64,000 nucleotides of DNA from Adineta vaga (Eukaryota > Animalia > Rotifera). Of this stretch, positions 25,999 to 39,661 are shown piece by piece (the stretch's first letter is position 1; each line of letters starts with the position of its first letter). A program made the position numbers and the translations under genes. The stretch is from positions 10,354,001 to 10,418,000 of the forward strand of contig CP075492.1 of assembly GCA_021613535.1 (NCBI GenBank), given 5' to 3'. The notes beneath the pieces are model-generated. The model had not been told where the DNA came from, searched no databases, and was given only the letters and a program-made list of their open reading frames with translations.

Positions 25999-28901
25999 AT
26001 GGATGAGGATTATTGGAATACATCGTCGGTTACAAAAAAAGTCAGTCAACAAGGAATATTCGATATGGATGGAAGTAGTGCTATGGATGTAAGTTATGAA
26101 TAGATTTCGAAAGAAATTTCATCCTTTAAATATAATCTAGCGCTTTAAAAATCAATCAGATCCATTGATCGTAAGTTTTCATATGTATATTCGTTCGTTC
26201 GTTCGTTTATTCACGGTTGTGGTATACTATTTTGTTTATAAAAAGCAAATGCTCTTCTCTAATACAAACTAACGTCATCGTTGCTATTTTACTTCTTATA
26301 AATTCCAATAACATTCTGTAAGAACATTTTTTTCAATTCGCAGGAAAGTATTCTCGATTCAAGTCGTTCAACGACAACAACAGGAGCAATGTCGAATCGA
26401 TTCCGTCCAACAACAGCACCAGCACCTGTATCTAAGCCTCCACCAGCTACAATAACAACAACAACAACAGTCAAATCAACACCGATTCCTCCACCAAAAC
26501 TTACTACACCATCACCAACACCACCCGTACAAGTTTCACGTACTTTTGCTCAGCCTACTGAATGTAAGTAAGAACTATGTATATAGTAGAAGACAAAAGA
26601 AGGAGGAAAAGAAAAACATGAGAATATTTTTCTTCCATTCTTTCTAACCTTTTTTTCGTGATGAGAGAAAGAATGCCATAAATAACAAAGAACGAAATAT
26701 AACAACTGAAGTTTTACTGTCTATTCGAACAACGATACATCAAAAAGTCAGTCATAATTGATACAGATGAAATAATCACAATGAATAGTCCAAGTCCAAA
26801 GGCATTGAAAAAATCTCAAAATCTTTTACGTAAAGTTGGTCAAAAAGTTGAACAAACATTTCATCTAACGAATTCCAATGTTTTTCATGGATCATTATCC
26901 TCATTAAATGATTTACCAGATAGTTGTTATCATAGAGAATTAGGAGATCATAAATTACATCAGGATGATACTGTTTCATTACAAAATCTTCCTGAATATA
27001 ATCCTGATTCACCAAAAATAAAACTTCGAAAGAAACATGGTAAAATTTCAGACGAAGTTGAAAATCTATTCAAATCTATTTTAGCTGCTCGTTTTGGTCG
27101 TTCACCTGTATCATCAACTTCGAATGATACACATTCTAGTTCACAATGGCTACCAACTGCTGAAGAATATCGTTTGTATTCAAACTGTATTTCAATCATC
27201 TAATTAAAACTATCATTTCAATTCTAGCGGATCAATCTACAAAAGATCGAAGTACACAATATGATCGCGAAATGGAATTACGTTGTAAAGATTTATTAGA
27301 AAATAAAGTAAGTTAGACATTGAATAGATTCAATTATGTACAAAATATGTATCATTCCAGATTGTCAAATTAGATGATATTCGAGATTATGATAAAAAAG
27401 CATCGCTATTACGTAAAGCTGTATCATTCAATACACCTAGTGTTATAGTTCCTGTATGCATTTATTTCTTCTGTATTTTTGATTTGATATGATCTCTTGA
27501 ATGTATTCTAGGTGATGATTTTTCTTGAAAATACTTTATCAAGACCATTATTTTATGACTTAATTAAACAACATCCATCAGCTGTAAAAAATTATATTAA
27601 CATGGCGAAATTAAGATTTGAAAATGATTATCATATTGCTATGTTAAAGTAAGTTTAACAGAAAACACACTATTTTATCATATTTCTACATGATTTATTT
27701 CAATAGACAATTTGATAGAAATGAAGATGTTGCAGTAAGAGAAATAACATAAAATTAATATGTTTCTATACTTATTTCTTTTCTCTCCCTCTCTTTATAC
27801 AATAGATGATACGTCTACGACAAATAAGTCAAACAAATGATGCGAATACGAAAATGGCATTATTAGATCAAGCAGCAACGTATGTATTCTATGAATAGAT
27901 AATAATAAAGTCTATAAAAATTTCATTCTAGTGAATTAGAATCACATGCATGGTGGCGTTTACAAGTTGCTGAATATAAACTTCTTCTTAGAAAACAACG
28001 AGAATTACAAACAGTAGGATGGATTACTTTGTAATTATATACATCATTCATGTTCTTTCATTAGCCTACACAGTATCGAACAGTACTTGAAACATATAAA
28101 ACAATATATGATGCTGATTTTCGTAGAAACAAACAGAGTCGAGTGATGGATAAATCAGTAATCGACTTGTTTTTTATTTGTGCATATTTATTTGTTTGTT
28201 TGTTTAATTCTTATAGACGGTTGATCGAAGCAGAGAATTCGAAACAACATTCAATGTAAATTTGATATTCATCATAATCGAAATCGATGGTTTTTGTTTT
28301 CTTTTCAAAGATGTCTCCAGAATTAATAATGTGTGGTAAACTATCTGTGATAATGCAATGTGGTTTACGAGCACATTACGATGATTTCGTTCATCAAGCA
28401 ATTCATCAGGTGAATTAAGAGAGAAATCGATTATTATAAAGTTTCAATTTGTGTTTTTGCTTTTGATATTAGGGAATCTTTGGCAAGAAATATATCATTG
28501 CACCAGAATATCTTGCCGATATGGTTTATAATTGGGTTCTTGCAAGTGGCGAAGGACAAGAAAAAGCTAGTGAAAAAGCTGAAAGATTTCTTACGATGAT
28601 ATCTGATCCGAATAAACGAATTTATTTTGCCGAAAAATTTCAAAATTTTGATGTAGCAATGGATGTAAATAGTTGATTAACTTGTGATGACTTTATTTTA
28701 TAAGTTTCATTTTAGACTATTGTCAATAATCTTCGTGATCGAGGCCAACTAGAAATTTTACGTCGACGTATGCCAGCAGATCATCGATCATATAATCGTG
28801 CCACATCGCTTTTAGAAGTAACAAATAAAACATTGATAAGAATCTTCACAAGGCTTTTTCTTCGTCTGTTTTATTTTTAGAATACAAAATGGCGAAGTTA
28901 G
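25999..28901 (+). CDS. VIPAS39: SPE-39/VIPAS39 (VPS16B) homolog, many small exons; alternative first exon at 26781-27171
   Basis: N-terminus MDEDYWNTS (VIPAS39 has an EEEYWNSS-type start), KASLLRKAV...VMIFLENTLSRPLFYDLI..HPSAVKNYI, FLTMISDPNKRIYFAEKFQNFDVAMDTIVNNLRDR, ending NTKWRS*. Confidence 0.75.
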
Positions 28902-29139
28902 AATAAGATGGGCTGAAATGCATACAACAACCGTCGTTTTGTTGTCAGATGATGGTTTTCTAATTTTATTTTTCTCTTTTATATTTCATTCTACACTTCA
29001 ATTTCACACAAGGCAAATCATTCCTTTCCTTATGAAAATTTTTAATGCAATACATAAAAACCGACTTAATCGAGACAAATAAAAATAATCAAAAATAAAA
29101 TACTAATATTCTAGTGAAAGCAATAGTTATTGTTTGATA

Positions 29140-31050
29140 TCATTGAGTTTCAGTATGAGAATCATTTTTAGCTGAACCAATACGTGGATTCGTGTGAGTT
29201 GTTTCGAACGATTTATTCTCATCAGATGATAAATGAGAAGTAGAATTAACAACGGTGGTGGTATTGGTTTCTTCTGTAGATTGCTTTTCAATTACAGAAG
29301 CTGGATGTCCAATAATTGGTTCTGTAACATGAGAATCAGTATTATTGAAAAAACTTAAACTGTTGTGTGATTCTGTGGTTGTATTGTTTGCGTTTGTATC
29401 ATTTCGTTTTTGAGTTGATGACGATGGTCTTGAGTTTGTACGAGCAGATGATGGTCGTGAATTAGTTCGTGGAACAGAAATCGAATCATTTGCTGTTGTT
29501 TGCTTTGCTGATGATGGTCGTGAATTTTTCAGAGTTGTACTATTAATTGTATCGCTCAAGTTTGTTATATCTGTCTTTTGACCAGCTGATGATGGTCTTG
29601 AACTAGTTGAGCCTGTTGTACATTCATACAAGTTTAATTGATCATTTTTCAAACTGGCTGATGATGGTCTCGAATTCGTTGGTATAGCAGACGTTGAATT
29701 ATTCGTGGATAAAATATCTGCTGATTGCTTCGCAGATGATGGGCGTGAATTGCTAGTTGGTTCGTTGTTTGTTTGATGTGCTGAGTCTGGTCTCGAATTC
29801 GTTGAGTTGATCGTATAACCATGCACGTCTAGTTGATCATTCTTCAAACTGGCTGATGATGGTCTCGAATTCGTTGGTATAGCAGACGTTGAATTATTCG
29901 TGGATAAAATATCTGCTGATTGCTTCGCAGATGATGGGCGTGAATTGGCTGAATGCGTATTAGAGTTATTAGCAGTTGATTCGTCGATTATTTGACGTGC
30001 TGATGGAGGTCTTGAGCCAGATGGTAGAGTAGAAGTTGGAATATTGCTGGATAAAACATCTGCTGACTGCTTCGCAGATGATGGACGTGAATTGCTAGTT
30101 GGTTCGTTGTTTGTTTGACGTGCTGAACCTGGTCTCGAATTCGTTGAGTTGATCGTATAACCATGTATATCTAGTTGATCATTCTTCAAACTGGCTGATG
30201 GCGGTCTCGAACTTGTAGATATAGCAGATGTTGAATTATTCGTGAATAAAATATCTGCTGATTGCTTCGCAGATGATGGGCGTGAATTGGCTGAATGCGT
30301 ATTAGAGTTATTAGCAGTTGATTCGTCGATTGTTTGACGTGCTGATGATGGTCTTGAGCCAGATGGTAGAATAGGAGTTGGAATATTGCTGGATAAAACA
30401 TCTGCTGACTGCTTCGCAGATGATGGGCGTGAATTGGTTGAAGTTGTGTTAGAATTATTATTATCTAGTTCAACAACTGTTTGACGGGCTGATGGTGGTC
30501 TCAAATTTGTTAAGTTGATTGTATAATCATGTGTATCTAATTGATCGTTCTTTTGAGTAGCCGACGACGGTCTTGAATTTGTCTTCGAATTAATAGTTGC
30601 ATTATGTAATATTATGTCATTTATTCTACCGCTCGCTGAAGGTGGTCGAGAATTTTTCGAAGTATCTGCTGTTAAGTCGTTTGTTGAGTTTAAAGTAAGA
30701 TCGATCTTTGTTGTAGATGACAGACGAACAGTATCTTGAGATATATCCTGTGATACCGATTCATGTTGAAGCTCATTCGAGATATTTATGGGTGATTGTG
30801 TACGTTCTGATGAACTTATAGTCGATAGATCTGCCTCTTCTCTTCCAGCGGCAGGAGTGTTTGACGGTATGTTTACGCCGGTAGCACCAATTAATGATGC
30901 TATGGATGTCTTAGCTGCAGTGTTTTCCGAAGAAGACGGTGGATGATAGAGTTCTTCTGTTGTCTCTTCATTTTTTTTCTTATTGTTAGCTGATTGAACT
31001 CGTAATGAGGATGACGTTGTTTCGTCAGTAGTAGAAGGCACAGAAGACAT
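29140..31050 (-). CDS. Low-complexity Ser/Thr/Asn-rich protein with about 19 RPxSA repeats
   Basis: 1.9-kb uninterrupted ORF from ATG 31050 (MSSVPSTT), preceded by an acceptor-like ctctacatag. The SRPSSA motif recurs roughly every 10-25 aa. Confidence 0.75.
   Translation of the reverse strand: MSSVPSTTDETTSSSLRVQSANNKKKNEETTEELYHPPSSSENTAAKTSIASLIGATGVNIPSNTPAAGREEADLSTISSSERTQSPINISNELQHESVSQDISQDTVRLSSTTKIDLTLNSTNDLTADTSKNSRPPSASGRINDIILHNATINSKTNSRPSSATQKNDQLDTHDYTINLTNLRPPSARQTVVELDNNNSNTTSTNSRPSSAKQSADVLSSNIPTPILPSGSRPSSARQTIDESTANNSNTHSANSRPSSAKQSADILFTNNSTSAISTSSRPPSASLKNDQLDIHGYTINSTNSRPGSARQTNNEPTSNSRPSSAKQSADVLSSNIPTSTLPSGSRPPSARQIIDESTANNSNTHSANSRPSSAKQSADILSTNNSTSAIPTNSRPSSASLKNDQLDVHGYTINSTNSRPDSAHQTNNEPTSNSRPSSAKQSADILSTNNSTSAIPTNSRPSSASLKNDQLNLYECTTGSTSSRPSSAGQKTDITNLSDTINSTTLKNSRPSSAKQTTANDSISVPRTNSRPSSARTNSRPSSSTQKRNDTNANNTTTESHNSLSFFNNTDSHVTEPIIGHPASVIEKQSTEETNTTTVVNSTSHLSSDENKSFETTHTNPRIGSAKNDSHTETQ
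29630..30440. repeat. Coding tandem duplications within the RPxSA protein (periods about 342 nt and 195 nt)
   Basis: gaattggctgaatgcgt... occurs at 29942 and 30284; ctggctgatgatggtctcgaattcgttggtatagcag... occurs at 29654 and 29849. Both offsets are multiples of 3. Confidence 0.85.
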
Positions 31051-33285
31051 TCTATGTAGAGAATACAATGTTGAAAAAAAATAAATTTTGGTATAGAACT
31101 TGGTGAAAAGATTCTTTTCAATGTTAGAGAAACATTCATCTATCAAAAGAAAAGATTTTCAATGGCTTCGATTTACATAAGAAATGAAAGAAGTCCTAAT
31201 TCTATTCTCATAGTATTATACAAAGAATTTTTTTCTATTTATAATCATCAATTTCATAGACACATAAAACAAAACATATTGTTATAAGAAATCTATACAC
31301 AAATCTCAAGGTTTTTCTTTCATAGTATTCTACACTAATTAAAACTAGACTTGATAGTTTATAATATGTTTTTGATGAAATAAATAACGCAAGAATGAAG
31401 TACAGTGTATGCAAGAAAATAGTATTAAACTCTGAAAAGAATATGTTCGAAAAATTTCAAAAAATATCGATACTTACAGTATTAAATACGACAGCGGACT
31501 GTTTTCGTCTCATACAGATATATATATAAAAGATACATTAATTCAATCTTTGCTCTCAATAAAAAGCAATCTTTTGAGATAATTATGTTTTTATGACTTT
31601 TATCGATGCTCTCATGATTTCAATATAATATACTGATTGATTTACGACGATTTTAATCATAAAAATTCTGACAAAACAGTCAACAATTCAAATTTACATA
31701 CGCTTTTCATGATTAACAGTCCTAAGGCATGTAAGTTATAAACAATCAAATTCTCGTTCGTGATCTTAACAATACTCAGATTAAATGTCAATATTTTCCT
31801 GCTAAACACATGTAATCCTGCTCTTTTATATTCTTTTTAGAAAATCACGCATATTTTGTTATGTTCAAACAAAACAACAAGACGCGTTTGAGACACATTC
31901 TTCTTTTAATAAAAATTATGAGTATTTAGTTTCTGAGTACGAAACTATGGATTACAATAGTAATAATAAACCATGCCTACTTTTTTTATAGGATAAAAAC
32001 TATTTTACCAAATGAATTTTGTACTTTTCAGACATGTTGTTAAACTTACCTTTATAATCCTAGTAAAATTGCTATAAAACAACGAGAACATTCATCGACT
32101 AATGATCATAAACATTTATTATCAATGATCAAGTCGATTTTGTATTCATCATAAATTGAAAATAAATATTGATTATAAATTAAGGAATATATTGATTGTA
32201 ATATTACGATAATAATGAAGTTTACAAGTGACTAAATATTAAGTTCAAAATGCAACATGTTTCTTTTGTGTAGAGAATCATGAAAATTTAAAGAAATCGA
32301 TTCGTAATCATAAAAAAGTTTACTATTTAGGACTTGCTTCGTACATCATCTCTACTCATTAGAATTAATTTATGTCGTATTCTACGACTTCTTTTCCTTC
32401 ATATTCTGAAAAAACTTGAATGTGAGGCTGATTACAATGTTAGAATGTATAATCCATACTAAAAATAGAAGATCATTTCCTGCAGCTGAGAGATAAGACG
32501 TTCATTAGTATTAATTAATACCATCCAGAGGATGCACGCATGCTAATTTTATGTATCTACGCACAAAAACCATAGTTTCAAGTTTTAGAATCTGACGATT
32601 GATGTTATTCGATTTAGTATCATTTGCTTCTAATAAAACGAAAAGAAATTGATATATTTCAATCATCGTATAATAATCTCATCTTAAATTTTGAATCTGC
32701 CTTATCTTGCATATAAGAGGCTACATTGATAAATAAACAACGAGGTGTTTTTCTCTCACTCAGCAGTTCAACAACAACAACAAAGATGCTTTATAATAAG
32801 TACTGAAGCTAAATGATAAATTAAGTGCAAAAAAACAATATTCTTCTTCCCTTGAATCTGTCTTGGAATTCCACGCAATTTCCTCACTATAACGAGTACT
32901 TTCTTTTTTCTAATCAACATATTTCTCATTGACTTTGATGTCATCTTCAATGTCTTCAGATATCAAGATTTCTTTAGATATTTATATCAACGAAATTCAT
33001 ACATGTGACAACACTAAACAAATAAAATACAATGGCTAAAGTATATATTTGCATCCACTGTAAAGATTCTTGACAAACGTACTTGTATATATATACGTGT
33101 GTGTATGTACGTGACGAATGAGCAGAAAAGAAAAGAAAAACTGAACTGTACTCAAATCAGAAGAGATTTATGACGATGAGTGAATATTTTGAATTTTCAA
33201 ATAAGAAGTAAAAGAATACGAAAATGAGAATCGAAAAAAATAGATTAAAAATCCTTTTTTGTTTGTTTGTTTCATATTTTGCAGA

Positions 33286-36200
33286 TTAAACCAATACACG
33301 TTTATCGCTGGATGAATGAACATCATCAGTTTCAACGACAACATATGCGGTACCATCTGGTGCATGGACAGCATGATAGTGATCATCGTCAGTTGGTGCT
33401 TGTTGATAGGTAGCATCAAAGATTGGTACTTTGGACTAAAATAAAATTCTTAGTTAATTAAAGTACATCCAATAGATTAGTTTTACTTACTCCTGAACGA
33501 TATTTCAAACGACGTTGACAAACCTATACAAAAATGAAAGATAGGATATTAAATTTAAGTAGAAATAAAAAACTTACATGAATGTAAACTGCTGCAATAA
33601 TAAATGCGCTGACAATAAGTAGAACAACGAGTACACCGATGATCAGTTTGGTATTTTTACGTGTTAATGTCTTGAATTTTTCACCTATACCATCAAGTGG
33701 ATTACGTGTTGGATATGGATTTTCACCTGTTTCGATGGCACGCGCAACAGCTGGTAATACCGAACGAAATTCATATGAATTTAACTAAAATAGCAAAGCA
33801 GAACGAGAAATCGACGATCAATTTTTCTTTTTAAAAACTAGTTTTTTTATTTACATCGCTATCGATTTGATCCACTTTCTTTTGAAATTCTTCCATATTT
33901 TCTAAAACGAATGGTATAATTTGAAATGAAGTTAAACCATTTTGTTCAACTGATGAAACGACAATTTGTGTGGCTTCTAGAATTTTGCTGCAACATTACT
34001 AATAAAGCCACTAAATAAACGAAAAGAAAATCATGTTTATTCTATCTGTCGAAAAATGTTAATCATTTATTACTTCTTAAATGCGTGAACAAATCTGGTA
34101 TCTTGAAACATATTGGTTACAACATCAAATTCAAAAACAAACCAGTTGATTTTTTCCGGATTTACTAAAAGATAAATACATATAAAGATGTATTAGAAAT
34201 AAACTTATATAAAAACTATTTCTTTACCTGTTTCACATAATTTCAAGTTCAAATTACAAGCGCGTGTGCCAGGACATGAAATTCTCTATAGATGGAATTG
34301 ATATTCTTTTGAAAAGAAATTGATTGAAAAAGATTTACCTCACTACATTGAATTCTGTCAGCTACAGGTGTCCAATCACATTCACATATTTCACATCCAT
34401 CATCACTTCGGCGAAAACCATACATACAAAACATGCGACATTGTTGTAATGGACAACGATTACATGAACATAATTGACAACCGGCTTCATCGCGTTGTAA
34501 ACCATATTGACAATTCAAATTACAATCGAGTACTGGACATTTATCAATATTCTTATCTTGTTGATCATCACAGAAGCATGTTGGACAACCATCGGCATCT
34601 TTTCGATAATTTGTACATGTCTGAACTACTGCTGGACAAATCAATGCTGGACATTGACAATCACATGTAGGACAATCTTGAAAAAAATAACAAAGTCTTA
34701 TTGAATCCTAAATTCTTATTCACTGAAAACATACTATTGTAATCTAGTCGATAACCATGAGTACATGAACGTTCGCAAGTTAATGAAGGACATTCCTGTG
34801 GTTTTTCATTACATGCACAATATGGACATCCATTTTCATCACGTTTGAATCCATTTACGCAAAACATTCGACACATAACACCTGAACATTGAACTTTAGC
34901 TTTCGAAACACATTTACATGTTCGACAACCATTTTCATCCAATTGATAACCATCACTACCACAATTGGCTCGACATTTAATTTCTTGACAAGTTACCGCT
35001 GGTTTTTCTTCTGTGGGCATACAAGCACACATTGGGCAGCCTTTATCATCAAGTAAATAATTTCCATTTGTGCATTGAATATTACATGATTTAGCGAAAT
35101 CGTTTGGGCATTGGTTATTGGATGGTAGCACTATACAAAGAAAAAAAGGAGAAGTATAAAATTTCGAAAAAAAATTCTAGTTGTCATCGAACCGGATCCT
35201 TCTTCGATATAACTGTAGACCTTTGTTGTAGAGATGATGAGCAATAAGCTCGTCAGTATCAGTTTCATGTGAGTAATCATTTATATCTTGAGCAATATTT
35301 GCAATACTGAAGAAAAAACAACGTAAAAACGTTGGCGAGAAGGGCGACGATGTAATAAACTACTTTTTATGTGCACACTGGCAGAACAAGAAGAAAGTAA
35401 TGAAAAAAAAGACTATTTGACAGTACTTTTTTCTCCAAGTTTTGCGCACATATTCTTTCTCTTTTCTTCCGTTTTGCCCCGTTTACGTTTCGTTCTAATG
35501 TACCGGTGACTGATTTTTTTTCCTTCTTTTCTTCTCACGTAAACGTATAACAAATGTAAGACGACATTGTTGGTTTCGAAATCGAACATGAGTAGAAAGA
35601 AAAAAAGGTGAATAATAATGGCAGTATTTTTTGTTTTTTAAGGCTCTAACACATAATTTTTTCTATTTCTTATGCATTAATCGAAAGTACTTTTCCAATA
35701 ACTTTTTTCGTGATCGACAATAGCATGATGTGCTTTTTCTTTTTGCTTGGCGCAGTAGGTGAGATTTTTTTCTTTTTCTCTTTCTTTCTCTCTTCCCTTC
35801 GTCACAGGTGATGATGTAAAAAGGAAAAAAAAGGAAAAAAGAAGTAGGAAATGATGTGCTATACAAACACATCGTATGACTCTATAATTGTCTGAGTAGA
35901 AAAGAACGGTCAACAAGATGAAGAAAGAGTAATACCTGCTTGACACATGGGCACATTGCGTGCATCATTTAAACACCGGAAACCGGGTGGACAATGAATA
36001 TCCTCCTAATCAACAGAATTGAATTAGAAAAAAAGGTCCTTTTATACTTTAAAAGAAATTATACTTGACATGAAGATGTCGAATTTTGCTCGAGGTTCGA
36101 TTTCGATATTGCACATTGACAGAGAGGACAGCCATCTTCCGATTGAACATAATCAACATTCGGTAAACAAATAATATTGCAAGTAAATGGTGGACATCGA

Positions 36201-37586
36201 TCACTACATTCACATGTATCACAACCGAAAAGATCTTTTAAATATCCAGTTGGACAATTTTTATTACATTGATCCATTGTTGGACACGATTGACATTCAC
36301 ATTGTAAACATCCATTAGAATCGGTTCGGTAACCAAGACGACAATTTAATGAACATTCAAATGATGTTGGACATACAGATGCTATAGCTAAAATAAACAA
36401 AGACAAATTTTCTTAATAAAGTTCTTTTTTTTTGTGAAGGTTAAAGAATACAAATAGAGATTTCATTGTATGAGTGTATAATGTATAAAAATGTGTAAGG
36501 AAGGAAATTAGCATAGATGAACGGAACGACATGCGAGACAAAGTATTTCACTTGTGAAGAGATAGAAAATGTCTCAAATTGCCTATCCTTCGATAGTTTT
36601 TATCGAATTACATGAAAGTAATCTATTTCACAACAAGTCAAATGTATCATTTGCTTACGTTTAATTTCTAACTTTCTAACTATCTTTTGTATGAAAAAAT
36701 CATCATTAACTAAATTCACGGTTCAATTCAATTATATAATTTAATTTACATGCCCTTAATAAGACCTTTGACTATGTTAAATAGTCATGACTCTCTCAAG
36801 TATGATCAGATAACCTTGCTTAATAGACTCCTTTCAATCGAAGATAACGGAACAATATGTGTTTATCACTTTTTATAAAGAGATTGTTTACTACTTACGT
36901 TTCAAAGGTACACTACAGATTCGTCTTCCACATGCTACTTCACAGCATTTCAAATCGCCCGGACAATCCGTATCAAATCGACATTCGGGTGGAATTAGTT
37001 TTTCTGTATCACATTTACCAATTGCTTCGACAACTTTTGGACAAGTACCTAATTTACGAATCGGTGGTGAACGATCAACCAAATCGTCTAATGATTCAAC
37101 ATAATCATCCAGATATTCATCAACATCAGCATTGACATCGTCATCATTAAGATTTTTCTTATCCGATGTTTCATCTTCGTCATATTCATAATATTCATCG
37201 TAGGATGCATCATCATCTGTTACATTCGATTGTAAACCATCGTTATCAATTAAAACTTTTGATTCATTAGATTTTGTTGATAATTGTACTGTTGAAGGTA
37301 ATGACTGTTGTGAAAATGTTACATTCGTTTTCAAAAGACAAAAAACACATTTTAATATATCATCTTGTTTACAATCTGGATTGACGTAACAAATTTCAGT
37401 TGTTGGATTACATTGCAAAATCTAGATATTAAATAAATAAATCTTAATGAAATTTTATTTCTATTTTGTTTTGTTTTATTTTACCTGGCATTGTTTATTA
37501 ACTTTTAAATCCAATTGATTAACATGTGCATATATTCCAATACTGATCAAAAGTATTCCAAGTGAAGTTTTAACCAGAAAATTCAT
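33286..37586 (-). CDS. Cys-rich type-I membrane protein: signal peptide, WAP domain, about 10 antistasin-like repeats, TM helix, short cytoplasmic tail (CRIM1/antistasin-like protease inhibitor)
   Basis: Signal MNFLVKTSLGILLISIGIYA; WAP KLGTCP...CRFDTDCPGDLKCCEVACGRRIC; repeats C.L.C..G...D..GC..C.C; TM LIIGVLVVLLIVSAFIIAAVYI; C-terminus ...DKRVLV*. Confidence 0.82.
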
Positions 37587-39626
37587 TGCGAAGAAATTCT
37601 TTTAACTAAAATCAAAATGACAATCTTGTTCAATACATATATGGCCCTCACCATGCATCACTGTTCAGCATAATGATTGCTTACAAAAAGAAAGAATCTC
37701 ATACGTCTTCTCCTTCGATTTTTACATTACCTGTCAATACGATTCATGCTTTCTCTTGGATTATTAGACTCATATGCATATCGAAACAATGATATATATA
37801 CATATATATGTATATTCAATGTAATGTGCATTGATCTGATCAAAAATGAAGCTCATATTTAACATATCTTTCCTTGTTAACGTGAACGATGATGTGAAGC
37901 GTAATAGAATTGAAAAGGAAACAAATTTTAATGACATTGAAAAACCTATTCGAAGCATTATGGTAATTCCCAGACAAGCATATGTCTGCACATATCTAAT
38001 TGATATACTAGAGGTGTGATTAATTCTTAAAAGGTTTGATACTACTCATTTTATTGTAGAAAAGAAGAAGAAGAGAAAAAAACGAATAGAAAAGTATATA
38101 TACACATACAAGTACCACTTTAGTCGATTTATATCAAACATATGTTAATAAACTCATTGAAGATACGAAAATCTTTATCAAATTATTGAAAGTAATTCTC
38201 GAGTTTTTATGTCTGATCAATGAGAACATTATTTCCTCTCTCGCTCTTTTGACAACACCGTTGTCTGTGTTATATCACTATAAAACGATGGATGTGTATC
38301 AATATCATAAACTATATTGTCATATGACAAGGTTATTTGACTAGATGAGACATTACTCGTCAAAGAGCACAATTCGTTTGACCTTGTTTCTTTGATGAAA
38401 GATAGTAAAAACGATAAATAGTTAGTTTATTTAAAATGACAGTATTCTTCTCGTTATCGAAAAGAACTAAAATAGGAAAAAGAAAGTCAAAACTAAACAT
38501 AGCCCGTAGCTTCTAGTTCAAAAGATTACATCATCTTGTCAGTTGTACACCAAGTGCTATGTTTCTCTCGTAATCTATAAATATACTTAAATCAAATTAA
38601 TCCCCTCGAGGACATTACTCAAATTCTCGATATGATCTAAAAAAAAAGAATTTTCTCTTGTCTTCTCTGTAACTAATCATGGATGTCTATTTATTCAATC
38701 TCAATTTTATTAGTGTAACTTACATCATATGTACATATATTTTTCATTCAATTGAAAAAAAAATCATAGATTGTAAATATATAGAAAGACAAGACTCACC
38801 TTTCTTCTTCGTTTTCGTTTTTTTTTGCTTTCAAATTGTGTGTCGAAAAAAACTCGCACACATGTAGTACCTATCACATTCAAATTGAATCGACTGACAA
38901 TGATGAAACTATACCGACAAATTCATGTAGTATGTACGAATATAACGCAAAAGAATAAGTAGTGGTAGTAGTAGTAACAGACTACTCAAATGATTTCTTC
39001 GCTCTACATATTTGCTGTTCGGAAGTGTACAGAAGGAAGAAAAGAAAATAATGGCGTAGAATAAGCCTACAGATACATTCTTAACATCTATGATATTCAA
39101 TAATCATTGGTATTCTTATATTGTTTTAACTACTATTCAAGATGCGAACGTGTCTGTGTAGAGAAGAGAGATTGAACAAAAAAAAACATGACTTATGATT
39201 AGTGATTATTTATAGAATATTTATTGTCTTTTTTTTATATTATGCCCGATAGATACTCATTAGCAGCCTGTTATTGTTCAGTCGGCATAGAATTGCGTCG
39301 AAAATTAACATAAATCTAAGCGTTTTTTTTTGTATAAGAAACTGTATCCTATAATCAGTCGTGACTTTATATATGAGAAAAAGGGCAACGATACAAAACT
39401 TATTCTATTTGTGCATCTGTCTAACACTATCATAAGATGATCAGCAAACAGCTTGTCTTATTAACATCTACAAGGTCTCAATTTCAACTATCGTTACAAT
39501 GAAGTTTCTTTTGCCGGATTTATTATTCTAAAAACTTACTTAATTCTTATATATAGTTTGAATATATCATATATGCGACTCATCTGTTCACTGCGAGAAA
39601 GAAGAAGAAAAAGAAAAAGAAAAAGA

Positions 39627-39661
39627 GAATGAATGAATGAATGAATGAATGAATGAATGAA
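39627..39661. repeat. (GAAT)8 microsatellite
   Basis: Directly visible tandem GAAT. Confidence 0.95.

Noticed and set aside
29630-30440. Regularly spaced repeats resembling a CRISPR array
   Set aside because: The repeats are in-frame coding motifs with duplicated spacers in a eukaryotic gene, and there are no cas genes.
31150-33280. Possible upstream exons of the RPxSA protein or small genes (ORFs 32768-32950 and 33168-33419)
   Set aside because: No convincing exons. ORF 33168-33419 is an off-frame reading of the last antistasin-gene exon plus 3'UTR.
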